Below are positions 42,774-52,149 of a DNA stretch of 52,348 nucleotides, in pieces. The notes under the pieces were generated by a model. It saw only the letters and a list, made by a program, of their open reading frames with translations. It did no database searches and was not told the origin of the DNA. Each line of letters begins with the position of its first letter. Positions within the stretch are counted from its first letter, which is position 1. The DNA comes from a virus (taxonomy: Duplodnaviria; Caudoviricetes). The position numbers and the translations under genes are program-made. The DNA lies in the IMG/VR virus record IMGVR_UViG_3300049007_000012, positions 1 to 52,348 of that record, one strand, 5' to 3'.

Positions 42774-44003
42774 ATGGCACGTGACGGCCTCGTAGCACGC
42801 AGACGGCAGCTCGGTCTCAGCCAGGCCGACCTCGCCGCCAGGATCAACGTCGCGGTGTCGACCGTCGCCCGGGTCGAGCGGGGCGAGCAGACCCCGCAGG
42901 CGTACAACCGGCGCCGCTGGGCCGAGGCCCTTGAAGCCAGCCTCGGTGAGCTCGACCGGTTGCTCGCCGGCGATGAGGCCGTCGCTGGGCGGTGGGGGTG
43001 GACCACCGTCGAGGCTCCCGACCTCGGCGACGTCGAGGCCATCGAGCTGATCCGTCGGGTCGAGGCGTCCGACGCCGGTCGGGCCACTCTCGACGCGCTC
43101 GAGCGCGGCGTCGACCGACTGTGCCGCTCGTACACGAACACCCCGCCCGCCGATCTCCTCGAACCCCTGCGGGCGTACCGCTCGTATGTCGTCCAGCTGC
43201 TCGACGGGCATGTCACCCTCGCTCAACGCCGCGACCTGATGGTCCTGGCGGGGTGGCTCTCGCTCATGACGGCGATCTGCGCCATCGACGTGCACCGGTA
43301 CCGGACCGCCGCCTCCAACCTCGACGCCGCCCGCGCGCTCGGCCATGAGGCCGGCTATCCCACGCTCGCCGCCTGGGCCGCCGAGACCGAGGCGTGGCAG
43401 GCGGTCACCGACGGCCGTCACGACGTCGCCGCTCGGCTCTGCCGGGCCGGCCGGGACCTGGCGCCGGCGGACACCTCGGTGCACGTGCAGCTGAGCGTGC
43501 AGGAGGCCAGGGCGTCAGCCCGGCTCGGCCTCACCGCCGAGACACACCAGCTGCTCGACGACGCCGCCACGGCGCTCGACCGGATGCCCGCGCCCGAGCA
43601 TCCCGAGCACCACTTCGTGTTCGATCCCCGCAAGCTGATCGGCTACACCGCCACCACGCTGGCGTGGCTCGACGACGACAAGGCGCTCGCCGAGGACTAC
43701 GCCCGCCAGGCGGTCGCTCAGTACGACGTCGGCGCCGCCGATGGCCGGTGGCTGCGACGGCTGGCGGCTGCGCGGGTCGATCTGGCGCTCGTGCTCGCTC
43801 GTGGCGACCAGCCGGCCGAGGCTGGCCAGCTCGGTGGTCTGGCGATCGCCTCCGGGCGCATGGTCCCGTCGAACCTGTGGCGCCTCGACGAGCTCGACCG
43901 GGAGATGACGGGGCGCTACGGCCGCACGGCCGAGGTCGACGAGTTCCACGACGTCTACCTCGACGCTCGCCAGGCGATGGTCGCGCTGCCCCGCGGCAGC
44001 TGA
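42774..44003 (+). CDS. XRE-family regulator with long helical (TPR-like) C-terminal domain
   Basis: LGLSQADLAARINVAVSTVARVERG HTH; Ala-rich helical repeats. Confidence 0.85.
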   Translation: MARDGLVARRRQLGLSQADLAARINVAVSTVARVERGEQTPQAYNRRRWAEALEASLGELDRLLAGDEAVAGRWGWTTVEAPDLGDVEAIELIRRVEASDAGRATLDALERGVDRLCRSYTNTPPADLLEPLRAYRSYVVQLLDGHVTLAQRRDLMVLAGWLSLMTAICAIDVHRYRTAASNLDAARALGHEAGYPTLAAWAAETEAWQAVTDGRHDVAARLCRAGRDLAPADTSVHVQLSVQEARASARLGLTAETHQLLDDAATALDRMPAPEHPEHHFVFDPRKLIGYTATTLAWLDDDKALAEDYARQAVAQYDVGAADGRWLRRLAAARVDLALVLARGDQPAEAGQLGGLAIASGRMVPSNLWRLDELDREMTGRYGRTAEVDEFHDVYLDARQAMVALPRGS

Positions 44004-44005
44004 CC

Positions 44006-44121
44006 GGACTCCGCGTGGAGTCCCGCGTGGTGTCTACTCCACGGGACTCCACGGGAACCACGGGCGGAGCGGGAACGGACACCCTCTCTGACCTGGGCCG
44101 GAGGGCACCACGGGCGCCACG
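44006..44121. repeat. Putative integrase arm-type sites near attR
   Basis: CGTGGAGTCC (44014) and reverse complement GGACTCCACG (44044) plus degenerate CCACGGG copies. Confidence 0.7.
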
Positions 44122-44137
44122 GGGAGCGGTCACCAGG

Positions 44138-44181
44138 CTCTCAAGGTGGCGACACGGGTTCGAATCCCGTTGGGGGTGCCA
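44138..44181 (+). repeat. attR core (duplicated tRNA-Glu 3' half)
   Basis: 44-bp identity with 1581-1624. Confidence 0.95.
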
Positions 44182-46000
44182 CGAACAAGGGAACGGGTGG
44201 CCCTTGTGGTGCTACGGCCTGGTCGATGGTCGTGCGGATCGCCGGGATGCGGTCTGCTCGGACGGTCACGCGCACGATGACCGAGTGGCTGGCTGCCTGG
44301 TAGCGCAGTTCGAGGTTGAAGCTGTCGTAGAGGTCGCGCAGCAGTTGCTCGGGCAGGTCGTCGAGGTCCGTTGGCCTGAGCGTCGGTAGCTCGTCGAGGA
44401 GGGTGGGGTCGTCGGGAGGGCCTTCTTGGCGCGTCGTCAGGGCAGCGAGCTGTTCGGTCTTCGTCTTGTGGTCTCGGGCGAGGCGGACGTAGCGGTCTCC
44501 GAGGCGGCTTCGGAGGTCGCGGTCGATCTCCTCGTCGCCGGTCGACTCGTGCATTTCGATCTGGTCGAGCACGTTCTGGCGCCGCTTGTCGAGGTCTGCC
44601 AACTCGGCGTGCAAACGTGCGACCACGGCGTCCGGCACGGGCGGCGAGTCGTCATCCGCGGGGGCGCGGAGTGCGGCTTCTCGCCGTGGGCCGAGGACGT
44701 GCTCGGCGAAGAACTGGTTGGTGAGGCCGAACAGGTCGTCTTCGCGGATCCACATGGTCTTGGGGTGGGTCTCGTACCAGGCGCGGCGCTGGCTGTGGTG
44801 GCGCATGTCGGGCCGGCAGACGTAGTACGAGGTACTGCGACGGGCCTTCCCGTACATCCGCCGGTCGCAGAGCTCGCAGAACACGTACCCGCGGAGGGCG
44901 TAGCTGCGCTGGGCCTGCCGGTGGCTGTTGGGGCCGGATCCGTTGCGGGATCCCTGCCGGGCTCGACCCATCTCGCTGACCGTCTGGTAGTGCTCCTTGG
45001 TCACTAGCGGTTCGTGGGTGGGACGCGGCGACCAGACCCACTGGCTCGGCGGGTTGACCTTGCCGCCCCTCGAGCTGGTGGCACGCCGGTTCCACACCAT
45101 GTAGCCGGTGTGCTTGGGGTTCACCAGGACCTCCCGCACCGCCGAGCCGCTCCATCGACGCAGCGCCCGCTCGGGGTCCACCGGGGTCGGGGGTGGGTGA
45201 GCCTCGGGATCGGCGTTGAGGATGTCGGCGATCGTGCGGTAGCCGAGGCGTTGCACCGCTCGGAGGCTGAAGATCCGGGTCACCGTCGGTCCCTCGACGG
45301 GATGAGGGACGAGACGAGACTTGGTGCGGCCTTCGGCGCGCTTGGCGGCGACCGGATGTGGGATCTTCTCGGCGCGGTAGCCGTAGCAGGGCTTGCCGAT
45401 GTTCCAGCCTTGCTCCGTGTGCTCCGCCGTGCCGTCCCAGGACAGCTCCAGCATCTGGAGCACATACCACTCGGCGACTGCCTGCTTGACCCGCCGGGTG
45501 AGGATCGGGGTCGCTCGCTTGGGAGCCCGCCCTCCACGCGGCCGGGCGAGGTCGGGGAGGGGCTCGTCGGCGGCCAGGAGCATGACCCCTGCCTGTTCGA
45601 GCTCGTGTTCGACCTTGGTGCCGAAGTAGGTGCGCCGGGCGACGCGCTCGACGGATTCGCAGACGACGGCGACGAACCGGCGGTCGGGACGCTGGGCCTC
45701 GGCGAGCAGGTCCTGGATGCCGCCGTCCCGGGGGATGCGGATGTCGAATGCCTCGTGGGCGTGTCCCTTGCCGCGTTCTGCGAGGTCCATGCGCCCGGAC
45801 TCGACGTCGTAGAAGTGGCCGACGATGGCATAGGGGGCCGGCAGAGCGTCCCTGCAGCTCCGCAGCTGCCGTGGCAACGACAGCGTCGGGTCCTGCTGGT
45901 CTTCGTCCGACGTTCGCCCCCACCAGGCCACCGGGATCTGACCGGCGGCCTCGATCGCGGTCGTGACCTTCTCGTCGGCGTCCTGCCAGGGAAACGTCAC
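44141..46000 (-). CDS. Large serine recombinase
   Basis: GRTS catalytic motif, SG..R, ERVARR, PCYGY, CELC...YYVC zinc ribbon, coiled coil; GTG 46000 coupled to upstream ORF. Confidence 0.93.
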   Translation of the reverse strand: MTFPWQDADEKVTTAIEAAGQIPVAWWGRTSDEDQQDPTLSLPRQLRSCRDALPAPYAIVGHFYDVESGRMDLAERGKGHAHEAFDIRIPRDGGIQDLLAEAQRPDRRFVAVVCESVERVARRTYFGTKVEHELEQAGVMLLAADEPLPDLARPRGGRAPKRATPILTRRVKQAVAEWYVLQMLELSWDGTAEHTEQGWNIGKPCYGYRAEKIPHPVAAKRAEGRTKSRLVPHPVEGPTVTRIFSLRAVQRLGYRTIADILNADPEAHPPPTPVDPERALRRWSGSAVREVLVNPKHTGYMVWNRRATSSRGGKVNPPSQWVWSPRPTHEPLVTKEHYQTVSEMGRARQGSRNGSGPNSHRQAQRSYALRGYVFCELCDRRMYGKARRSTSYYVCRPDMRHHSQRRAWYETHPKTMWIREDDLFGLTNQFFAEHVLGPRREAALRAPADDDSPPVPDAVVARLHAELADLDKRRQNVLDQIEMHESTGDEEIDRDLRSRLGDRYVRLARDHKTKTEQLAALTTRQEGPPDDPTLLDELPTLRPTDLDDLPEQLLRDLYDSFNLELRYQAASHSVIVRVTVRADRIPAIRTTIDQAVAPQGPPVPLFVAPPTGFEPVSPP

Positions 46001-46203
46001 GTGCGCCCCATGCGCTCCTGCCGTTGTAGCCACTGGATGATCTCCTTGATCGTGGCGTTCTGGCGGGCCTCAAGTTCGTCGCCTTCCGCCCCGGCCGCCG
46101 GGGTGAACTCGATGCGAGCGACCCGCAGGCGCTCGCGGCGAACTCCCGCCCGGCCGCCCTCAGCTGCGTCGGCATCCGGGAGCGTCTGACGCTGGCCGGT
46201 CAC
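45997..46203 (-). CDS. Small protein coupled to the serine recombinase
   Basis: GTGA overlap with recombinase start. Confidence 0.6.
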   Translation of the reverse strand: MTGQRQTLPDADAAEGGRAGVRRERLRVARIEFTPAAGAEGDELEARQNATIKEIIQWLQRQERMGRT

Positions 46204-46254
46204 CGATCCGCCCTGACGTCGGGCGCCTGGCGAGCCTTGAGATTCCGCTCAATC

Positions 46255-46291
46255 TGACACGTAATTATATCAAATAATTGGAAACGTGTCA
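46255..46291. promoter_or_regulatory. AT-rich nested inverted repeat
   Basis: TGACACGT-AATTAT-ATCAA-ATAATT-GGAA-ACGTGTCA. Confidence 0.5.
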
Positions 46292-46465
46292 AAAGACCTC
46301 ACTCCAGATGTAGGACCGTCCTGGCCGATCGCCAAAGCGGTGCGCTGCTGCGCCAGGCTGGGTGCCTTTCATCTGGGTAAGTCCGCTACGACCCCCATTT
46401 GTCACGCTTGGACAGCGGGGTCTTTAAGGTGGAGTGAGCGTCAGTCGCGTGCTGTGGGACTCCCT

Positions 46466-46505
46466 CGTGTGCGCCTTCACACGCATACGTGTGAAGGCGC
46501 ACACG
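46466..46505. repeat. Perfect 18-bp inverted repeat (oriT/operator candidate)
   Basis: CGTGTGCGCCTTCACACG-CATA-CGTGTGAAGGCGCACACG. Confidence 0.8.
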
Positions 46506-46738
46506 GGAACGTGTGAACGCCAGACATCCAGGTAGATGGTCTGACGCGGCGTCCCTCAGGGATGTGCCATGTCCGGCGGTTGCACAGTCGTTTCACACCC
46601 ATACCGCGCGACCACGTATGAGTTCTCCTACGCCATCGTCGTCAAGTCGAAACGACGTGTGTCGGTTCGTATGCCGGTATTGGTGCGGCCAGAATCTCAA
46701 CGTGCTTCTCGTCAATCGCGATCCACGAGGAGCAATAG

Positions 46739-47440
46739 ATGGTTCGGGACAATGCACCGTCTCGGTTGGAAGCGGAACTGCGCGTGCAGTCGGGCCGGCG
46801 TGGTCGGCGTGTTCTCGAACAGTGGGGCGATCAGTGCCCGCTGTTGGCAGACGCCGGCCTCGGCTCACCGGGCGAGGTGCCGGCCTGGGTGTGGTCTCTG
46901 GCATCGGCCGACGCCGACGCCGTGCTCCGGGTGCTGGTGGAGCAGGCCCAGGCGGGTGACGCACTGGCGGCCGCTGCCGTGCTGGCGTGCCTGCGGCCGG
47001 GCATGTGTGCGCTCGCCGTCGGTACGCGCCTGCCGGTTGACGAGATCGTGTCGGAGGCCGCGTTCGCCGTGCTGCGGTTCCCCGTGGCGCGCCGGGCGAG
47101 CGTGGCCGGCCAGATCCTCTTGGATGTCCGGCGGGCCGTCCGCCGTCAGCGGGAGCGGCAGCGGGACGTCCTCGACGGCGACACCCGGGTAGCGCTCGAG
47201 GAGACCGAGGCATCGGGTGAACTGGGCGTCGAGCCGTCGACGCCGGAGACGCTGGTTGCGCTGGTGGCCCAGGCGTGGCGGGCCGGGGAGATCGGCGACG
47301 ACGACGCCCGCCTGATCCTGGAGACCCGGGTCGCAGGTGATGCCATGACGGCTGCCGCGGCCCGCCGGTCCGTGAGCCGCACGGCGGCGTACCAGCGCCG
47401 CCAACGTGCCGAGGTCCGGCTCGCCCGGTGGCTGCGGTGA
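46739..47440 (+). CDS. Sigma-70-like (region 2 and 4) DNA-binding protein
   Basis: AQAGDALA, C-terminal HTH AAARRSVSRTAAYQRRQRAEVRL; SD GAGGAG. Confidence 0.6.
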   Translation: MVRDNAPSRLEAELRVQSGRRGRRVLEQWGDQCPLLADAGLGSPGEVPAWVWSLASADADAVLRVLVEQAQAGDALAAAAVLACLRPGMCALAVGTRLPVDEIVSEAAFAVLRFPVARRASVAGQILLDVRRAVRRQRERQRDVLDGDTRVALEETEASGELGVEPSTPETLVALVAQAWRAGEIGDDDARLILETRVAGDAMTAAAARRSVSRTAAYQRRQRAEVRLARWLR

Positions 47441-47593
47441 TTGCCGCGTGGCTGGTCACGGGGCCTGTTGCGCGTGCGGCGTCGAATCCTGTGAGCCGAT
47501 CGGCCTTTACCCGGGTGCAGGGGTCGGGCCGACGCCCGGCCCGCACGACGGCACCGGCCAGGTCCGCTGGCCGACGCGTTCGGAGGACTTGCC

Positions 47594-48490
47594 GTGAGAC
47601 GACCTGATCGTGTTGGGCGAGCCGTCGCCGGTCGGCTAGCAAGCCGGCGGGCTCGGCTGAAGCTGCCGGACGAGACGCGAGTACGGATCGCAGCGACGAC
47701 GTTGTGGCTGCTGGTCGGACTCGCGGCGCTGGGTGGTCTTGTTGGGCTGGTCCGGCCGGCACCGGCGGCACCCCGCCAGGCGGCGCAGACCGAGGCGCCG
47801 TACTCGATCGTCAGCGACGCTTGGGCGGCCGCCGGGTTCGGATCACGGACGGTGGCCGCCTATCTCGGCACCGACGACCGCGGCGAGGGCGGCGGGGACT
47901 TCGCTGGCTTCCTCGGGGATGGCTCCGCTCCGCCGGGTCGTCTTGCCGACGGGGTGCCACAGGTCGCCGTGGTCGCAGTCGAGCGGGCCGGCGAGCACTA
48001 CTGGGCGGTCACCACGGCCGCTCGGGGCGCCGGCGGCGAGGAGTTCTGGCAGGTGGGCGTCGCCAACCGCCGGGGCCGCCTCGTCGCCACCGGCCTGCCG
48101 ACGCCTATCGGGGCACCGCCGGTGGCAGACCGACCCGAGCTGGCGGTGGCTCCGTCGGAGACGCCGCCGGCAGACGACCCGGTGGTCGAGACCGTCAGGG
48201 GCTGGGTCGAGGCGTACGCCTGCGGACAAGGCGACGTGTCGCCGTGGCTGGCCCCGGGCGTGCACATGAGTGGTGTGACGCCACCCCTGTGCTCGGGCGT
48301 TCGTCTGGACCGATGGGGCACGCAGTCCCACGGCGAGCACCGGTTGGTGGTGGTGACCGAGGCGACCCTCGACCGGGCCGCGCCGGAGCGGCGAGTCGCT
48401 TTCGCACTGTCGCTGGCCCGGCGGGATGGCCGCTGGGAGGTCGCCGAGCTGCTACCCGCCCTGCCGCTGAGCGAGGAGGTGGAGGGGTGA
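47594..48490 (+). CDS. TcpC/VirB8-like conjugal transfer protein
   Basis: N-terminal TM, two similar domains, RDGRWEV end; T4SS context. Confidence 0.7.
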   Translation: MRRPDRVGRAVAGRLASRRARLKLPDETRVRIAATTLWLLVGLAALGGLVGLVRPAPAAPRQAAQTEAPYSIVSDAWAAAGFGSRTVAAYLGTDDRGEGGGDFAGFLGDGSAPPGRLADGVPQVAVVAVERAGEHYWAVTTAARGAGGEEFWQVGVANRRGRLVATGLPTPIGAPPVADRPELAVAPSETPPADDPVVETVRGWVEAYACGQGDVSPWLAPGVHMSGVTPPLCSGVRLDRWGTQSHGEHRLVVVTEATLDRAAPERRVAFALSLARRDGRWEVAELLPALPLSEEVEG

Positions 48491-48777
48491 TCGACTGGAC
48501 CAACGACAAGATCAGCGAGCTGATCGCCCTGGTGCGGGGAGCGGCCGTGCTCGGCGCCGTGGCGATGGTGGTCTACGCCTACCTCAAGACCCGCACCCTG
48601 ATCGCCGTGCTGGTGGCCGCGCTCACGGCCGGGATCTTCTTGTGGGCGATCAACAACACCGATTGGTGGGAGCGACGCGTGGGCGAGGAGTCCGGGGCTC
48701 CCGCGCCGGTTGTCCGCCTCGCTCGGCTCGAGCACCCGTCGGTGGTGCTGATCGACGCGACGAGGGCGACCGCATGA
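48487..48777 (+). CDS. Small two-TM conjugation protein (pilin/VirB2-like)
   Basis: Hydrophobic; SD GGAGG; context. Confidence 0.55.
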   Translation: MIDWTNDKISELIALVRGAAVLGAVAMVVYAYLKTRTLIAVLVAALTAGIFLWAINNTDWWERRVGEESGAPAPVVRLARLEHPSVVLIDATRATA

Positions 48778-49271
48778 GCGGCCCCCAGGAGTGGGGCGTG
48801 GACCGGCCCGAGCCGTTGCTGTGCCGCTTCTACACGCACGGGCGGCGTCATCCCATCGTCATCGGGAACATCCAGGGCCTGCGCATCCCGCCGGTCACGC
48901 CGGCCCAGCTGGGGATCGGTGTCGGGACGCTGGTGCTGCTCGCCATGACCCGGGCGCTGTGGGCGCACTTCGGCGCGGCAGCCAACGGCTTCGTCCTGGT
49001 CGCGTTGCCGGTCGGCCTGGCGTGGGCCGCTCGTGCCGTGCGGATGGAGGGCCGAGCTCCCTGGCGGGCCGGGCTGGGCTGGCTGCAACTGGTCGCCGGC
49101 CCCCGCGAGGGCGTCTGTCTGGGGCGCCGAGACCGACCGATGCGCCCAGCCCGCTACCGAGGCCCGGCGTGGATCGTGGGGCTCGACGGCGACCGGCCAA
49201 CCACACGGCGGATGGCACCGACCACCATCCGGACGCGCCCTGGTACGACCCAGAGATCGGCAGCGCCATGA
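48774..49271 (+). CDS. TcpE/VirB3-like membrane protein
   Basis: YTH.RRHP.VIG, two TMs, upstream of VirB4. Confidence 0.6.
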   Translation: MSGPQEWGVDRPEPLLCRFYTHGRRHPIVIGNIQGLRIPPVTPAQLGIGVGTLVLLAMTRALWAHFGAAANGFVLVALPVGLAWAARAVRMEGRAPWRAGLGWLQLVAGPREGVCLGRRDRPMRPARYRGPAWIVGLDGDRPTTRRMAPTTIRTRPGTTQRSAAP

Positions 49272-49570
49272 CACCGGCGCTGATCGACTGCACCGTTCGG
49301 TTCCGCGGCCCGGGCGACTACCGCTACAGCGCAACCTTCCGGATCGCCGGCCAGGACGTGCGGGTGCGCGCGTGCCGTGACGACGACCGCGGCACCGCGT
49401 TCGCCGTTGCCGAGTCGCTCGACGACGCGTTGCGGTGGCGGCAACTACTGCAGGCCGATCCCCCGGCGAGGCCACGCCAGCTGAGCGTCGTCGGCGAGCT
49501 CGAGCACTTCGCCCGGGAGCTGGCCGCCTGCGCTCACGCCGTCCCGCCTGGCGTCGAGGCAGCACGATGA
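49268..49570 (+). CDS. Hypothetical protein
   Basis: ATGA coupling at both ends. Confidence 0.55.
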   Translation: MTPALIDCTVRFRGPGDYRYSATFRIAGQDVRVRACRDDDRGTAFAVAESLDDALRWRQLLQADPPARPRQLSVVGELEHFARELAACAHAVPPGVEAAR

Positions 49571-52149
49571 GGCCGCCCGCCGTAGCGGTGGTCGGCAACC
49601 TGGTCTGGTCACGGACCGGGCGGGTGTGGACGATCTGGCGTGTCCCCACCAGCCCGTACCGGTGGCTGTCGGACCGCCAGAAGCACGCCGAGCACAGCCG
49701 GGTCCGAGCCCTGCTCGCCGCGCTGCCGCCCGAGTCATCGATCCTGTCGGTGTCGGCGCGGGTCGACCCGGGCGAGGTGGCGGAAGCGATGATGGCCGGC
49801 GTCGACCTGGACGCGCAGCCAGGGTGGGTCGACGTCGTGGACGCCGTGCTCGACGGCTTGGAAACGGTCGAGCTGTACCGGCGGCGCCACTACCTCTGTG
49901 TGCAGCTCCCCGAGCGTCGGGACGGCGGCCGGCTGCGGCGGCGGTGGCGAGCAGCCGCCGGGCCGGTGTTGTCCGGCTTCGCTCTGTCCGCACCACCGAT
50001 CCCGCTCGCCGAGGTGCGTGCCGCCCTCCGTCACGCGGACGACCTCCGGTCCCAGCTGCGCACGGTCCGCTTGGAGACTCCGGAACCAGGCGAGGTCGGG
50101 TGGTTGTACGCCCGCGCTGCCCGCCGTGGCCTGGCCGCGGAGCCGCCGTTGAGCGGTTGGCCCGAGCCGCGGCTGCGGTGGCTGCCCCGAAACGGTCGGG
50201 AGCCGGCAGTCGCCGCTCCGTCGCTCGCGCCGCTGATCGAGTCGAACATCCGCAACGGTGGCTCCGCCGGCGACGACGATCGGCCTTGGCATCGCCGCTA
50301 CCTGCGGGTCGAGACCGACGACGGTGTCTCCTACCAGTGCTTCGCCGCGGTCGCCGACGCTCCCGAGCAGTTCGGGTTCCCCGGCGGGTTGTCCGAATGG
50401 CTGCTCGTCGCCGACCAGCTCCCGTTCCCGGTCGACTGGTGCGCCCGCATCCGGGCCGTGCCCAACCAGGCCGCCGCTCGCTCCGCGACGCGCCAGCAAC
50501 GCGAGCTGGCCGGCCAGGTCGCCGAGTACGACGCCGAGCCGGCCGGACCGCCGCCCTCGCTCGCCGCGGCCATGGACGCCGTCGACGACGAACGCGCCCA
50601 GCTGGCGGCCAACCCGAGCGAGCCCGAACTGCACGTGGCGATGGTCTACGCCGTCTGGGCCGACTCCCTCCCGGAGCTGGAGCGCCGGGCCGGCTGGCTC
50701 ACAACGCTCTACCGAGGGTCCGAGTACCACCTCGCCCGACCAACCGGCGGCCAGCTCGACCTCTTCGAGGCCATGCTCCCCGGGGCCGGGACCCCACGGG
50801 TGTGCGACGACTACCGCCAGTACCTGCTTCCCCGCGACCTGGCCGCCGGCATGCCATTCGCGGGTGTCGCCCTCGGTGACACCGAAGGAATGCTGCTCGG
50901 GGCCAGCCGCGACGCGGGCTGCGCCGTCCCCGCGCTCCTCGACCCGGCGGCCGGTCCCCGCCACGACCGCGACGGCTCCGTCGCCGCTTTCGGAACCCTG
51001 GGGTCGGGCAAGAGCTACCTCGCCAAGCGCCTCGCCGCGACCGTGCTCCTGCGCGGCGGCCAGGTGCTCCTCCTCGACCGCACCCAGGCCGGGGAGTACG
51101 TCCGCTTCGCGCACGCCATGGCGAACCTCGGTGTGCGCACACAGGTCCTCGCCATCGACGAGAACGCGAACCTGCTGCTCGACCCGCTGCGCGTCTTCTC
51201 CGGTCCGACCGCGACGCAGACCGCAGCTGGCTACCTCGGCACGGTCTGCGGGACCGATCCCACCAGCCTCGAAGCGGCGACACTCACCCGGGCCGTCCAA
51301 CGCGTGCACGACGACGGCGGACGCCTCGCCGACGTGCTCGGTGTCCTCGACGGTCTCGCCGACGAGGGCACCGAGTACCGCCACGCCCGCGAACTGTCCC
51401 TGCGGTTGGCCTCGATCGCCCAGAACCGTTTCGGCGCCCCGGTGTGGGGCGACACCGGCGACAGCATCAGCACCGACGCCGACTGCACGGTCATCCACCT
51501 CCCGCACCTCGCGATCCCGAGCCGCGACGTCCTGCTGTCGGAGCACCTATCGCGCAAGCTGCTCGCCGAACAGGTGTGCTCGCTCGGGCTTCTGTACCTC
51601 ACCGTCGCGTTGGCGCAGCAGGTCGCCTACGCCCACCCCGGCCGGTTCGCCGCCCTCGGCCTCGACGAGGCATGGGCACTCACCTACACACTGCCCGGAC
51701 AACAACTGCTGCTCGACGTGCTGCGTGACGGCCGCAAGCACAACGCGGCGGCATGGGTGTTCTCGCAGCACCCCAACGACCTCCCCGGCGAAGCCCGTGA
51801 CCTGGTGTCGACCCGGTTCGTGTTCGGACTGACCGGCACGGCCGCCGCCGACGGGCTGCGCTGGCTCGGCGTCGAACCGTCCCGACCCAACCTCGACCTG
51901 CTCGAAGCCTGGGCCGCACGTCGCGGCGCCGACACCGTCGCGGGCGACGGCATCGAGCCGCCCGAGTGCCTCATGCGCGACGCCGCAGGGCGCATCGGCC
52001 GCGTGCAGATCGCGCCCGCCGAGACCCACGCGTTGCATCTCGGTTTCGAGTCCAACCCGGTTCGCCTCGCCGCGGCCGACGACCAGACGCCGCCGGGGGC
52101 CGCCTCGACCGACGGGCCCGCCGCCCTCGCTGAGGGAGCGCCGACGTGA
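49567..52149 (+). CDS. virB4: VirB4-like conjugation ATPase (AAA_10)
   Basis: Walker A GTLGSGKS, LDEAW, RDGRKHN, SQ, MRD..GRIG. Confidence 0.88.
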   Translation: MRPPAVAVVGNLVWSRTGRVWTIWRVPTSPYRWLSDRQKHAEHSRVRALLAALPPESSILSVSARVDPGEVAEAMMAGVDLDAQPGWVDVVDAVLDGLETVELYRRRHYLCVQLPERRDGGRLRRRWRAAAGPVLSGFALSAPPIPLAEVRAALRHADDLRSQLRTVRLETPEPGEVGWLYARAARRGLAAEPPLSGWPEPRLRWLPRNGREPAVAAPSLAPLIESNIRNGGSAGDDDRPWHRRYLRVETDDGVSYQCFAAVADAPEQFGFPGGLSEWLLVADQLPFPVDWCARIRAVPNQAAARSATRQQRELAGQVAEYDAEPAGPPPSLAAAMDAVDDERAQLAANPSEPELHVAMVYAVWADSLPELERRAGWLTTLYRGSEYHLARPTGGQLDLFEAMLPGAGTPRVCDDYRQYLLPRDLAAGMPFAGVALGDTEGMLLGASRDAGCAVPALLDPAAGPRHDRDGSVAAFGTLGSGKSYLAKRLAATVLLRGGQVLLLDRTQAGEYVRFAHAMANLGVRTQVLAIDENANLLLDPLRVFSGPTATQTAAGYLGTVCGTDPTSLEAATLTRAVQRVHDDGGRLADVLGVLDGLADEGTEYRHARELSLRLASIAQNRFGAPVWGDTGDSISTDADCTVIHLPHLAIPSRDVLLSEHLSRKLLAEQVCSLGLLYLTVALAQQVAYAHPGRFAALGLDEAWALTYTLPGQQLLLDVLRDGRKHNAAAWVFSQHPNDLPGEARDLVSTRFVFGLTGTAAADGLRWLGVEPSRPNLDLLEAWAARRGADTVAGDGIEPPECLMRDAAGRIGRVQIAPAETHALHLGFESNPVRLAAADDQTPPGAASTDGPAALAEGAPT

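Larger units (their letters stand above)
1581..44181. mobile_element. Prophage (temperate siphovirus-like), apparently complete, ~42.6 kb
   Basis: 44-bp direct repeats at both ends, integrase next to attL, all modules present in canonical order, tape measure but no sheath gene. Confidence 0.95.

Noticed and set aside
44138-44181. A second tRNA-Glu gene
   Set aside because: Only the 3' half is present; it is the attR duplication
46286-46738. ORFs 46286-46516 and 46513-46959
   Set aside because: Low GC3, no motifs, overlap palindromic regulatory DNA
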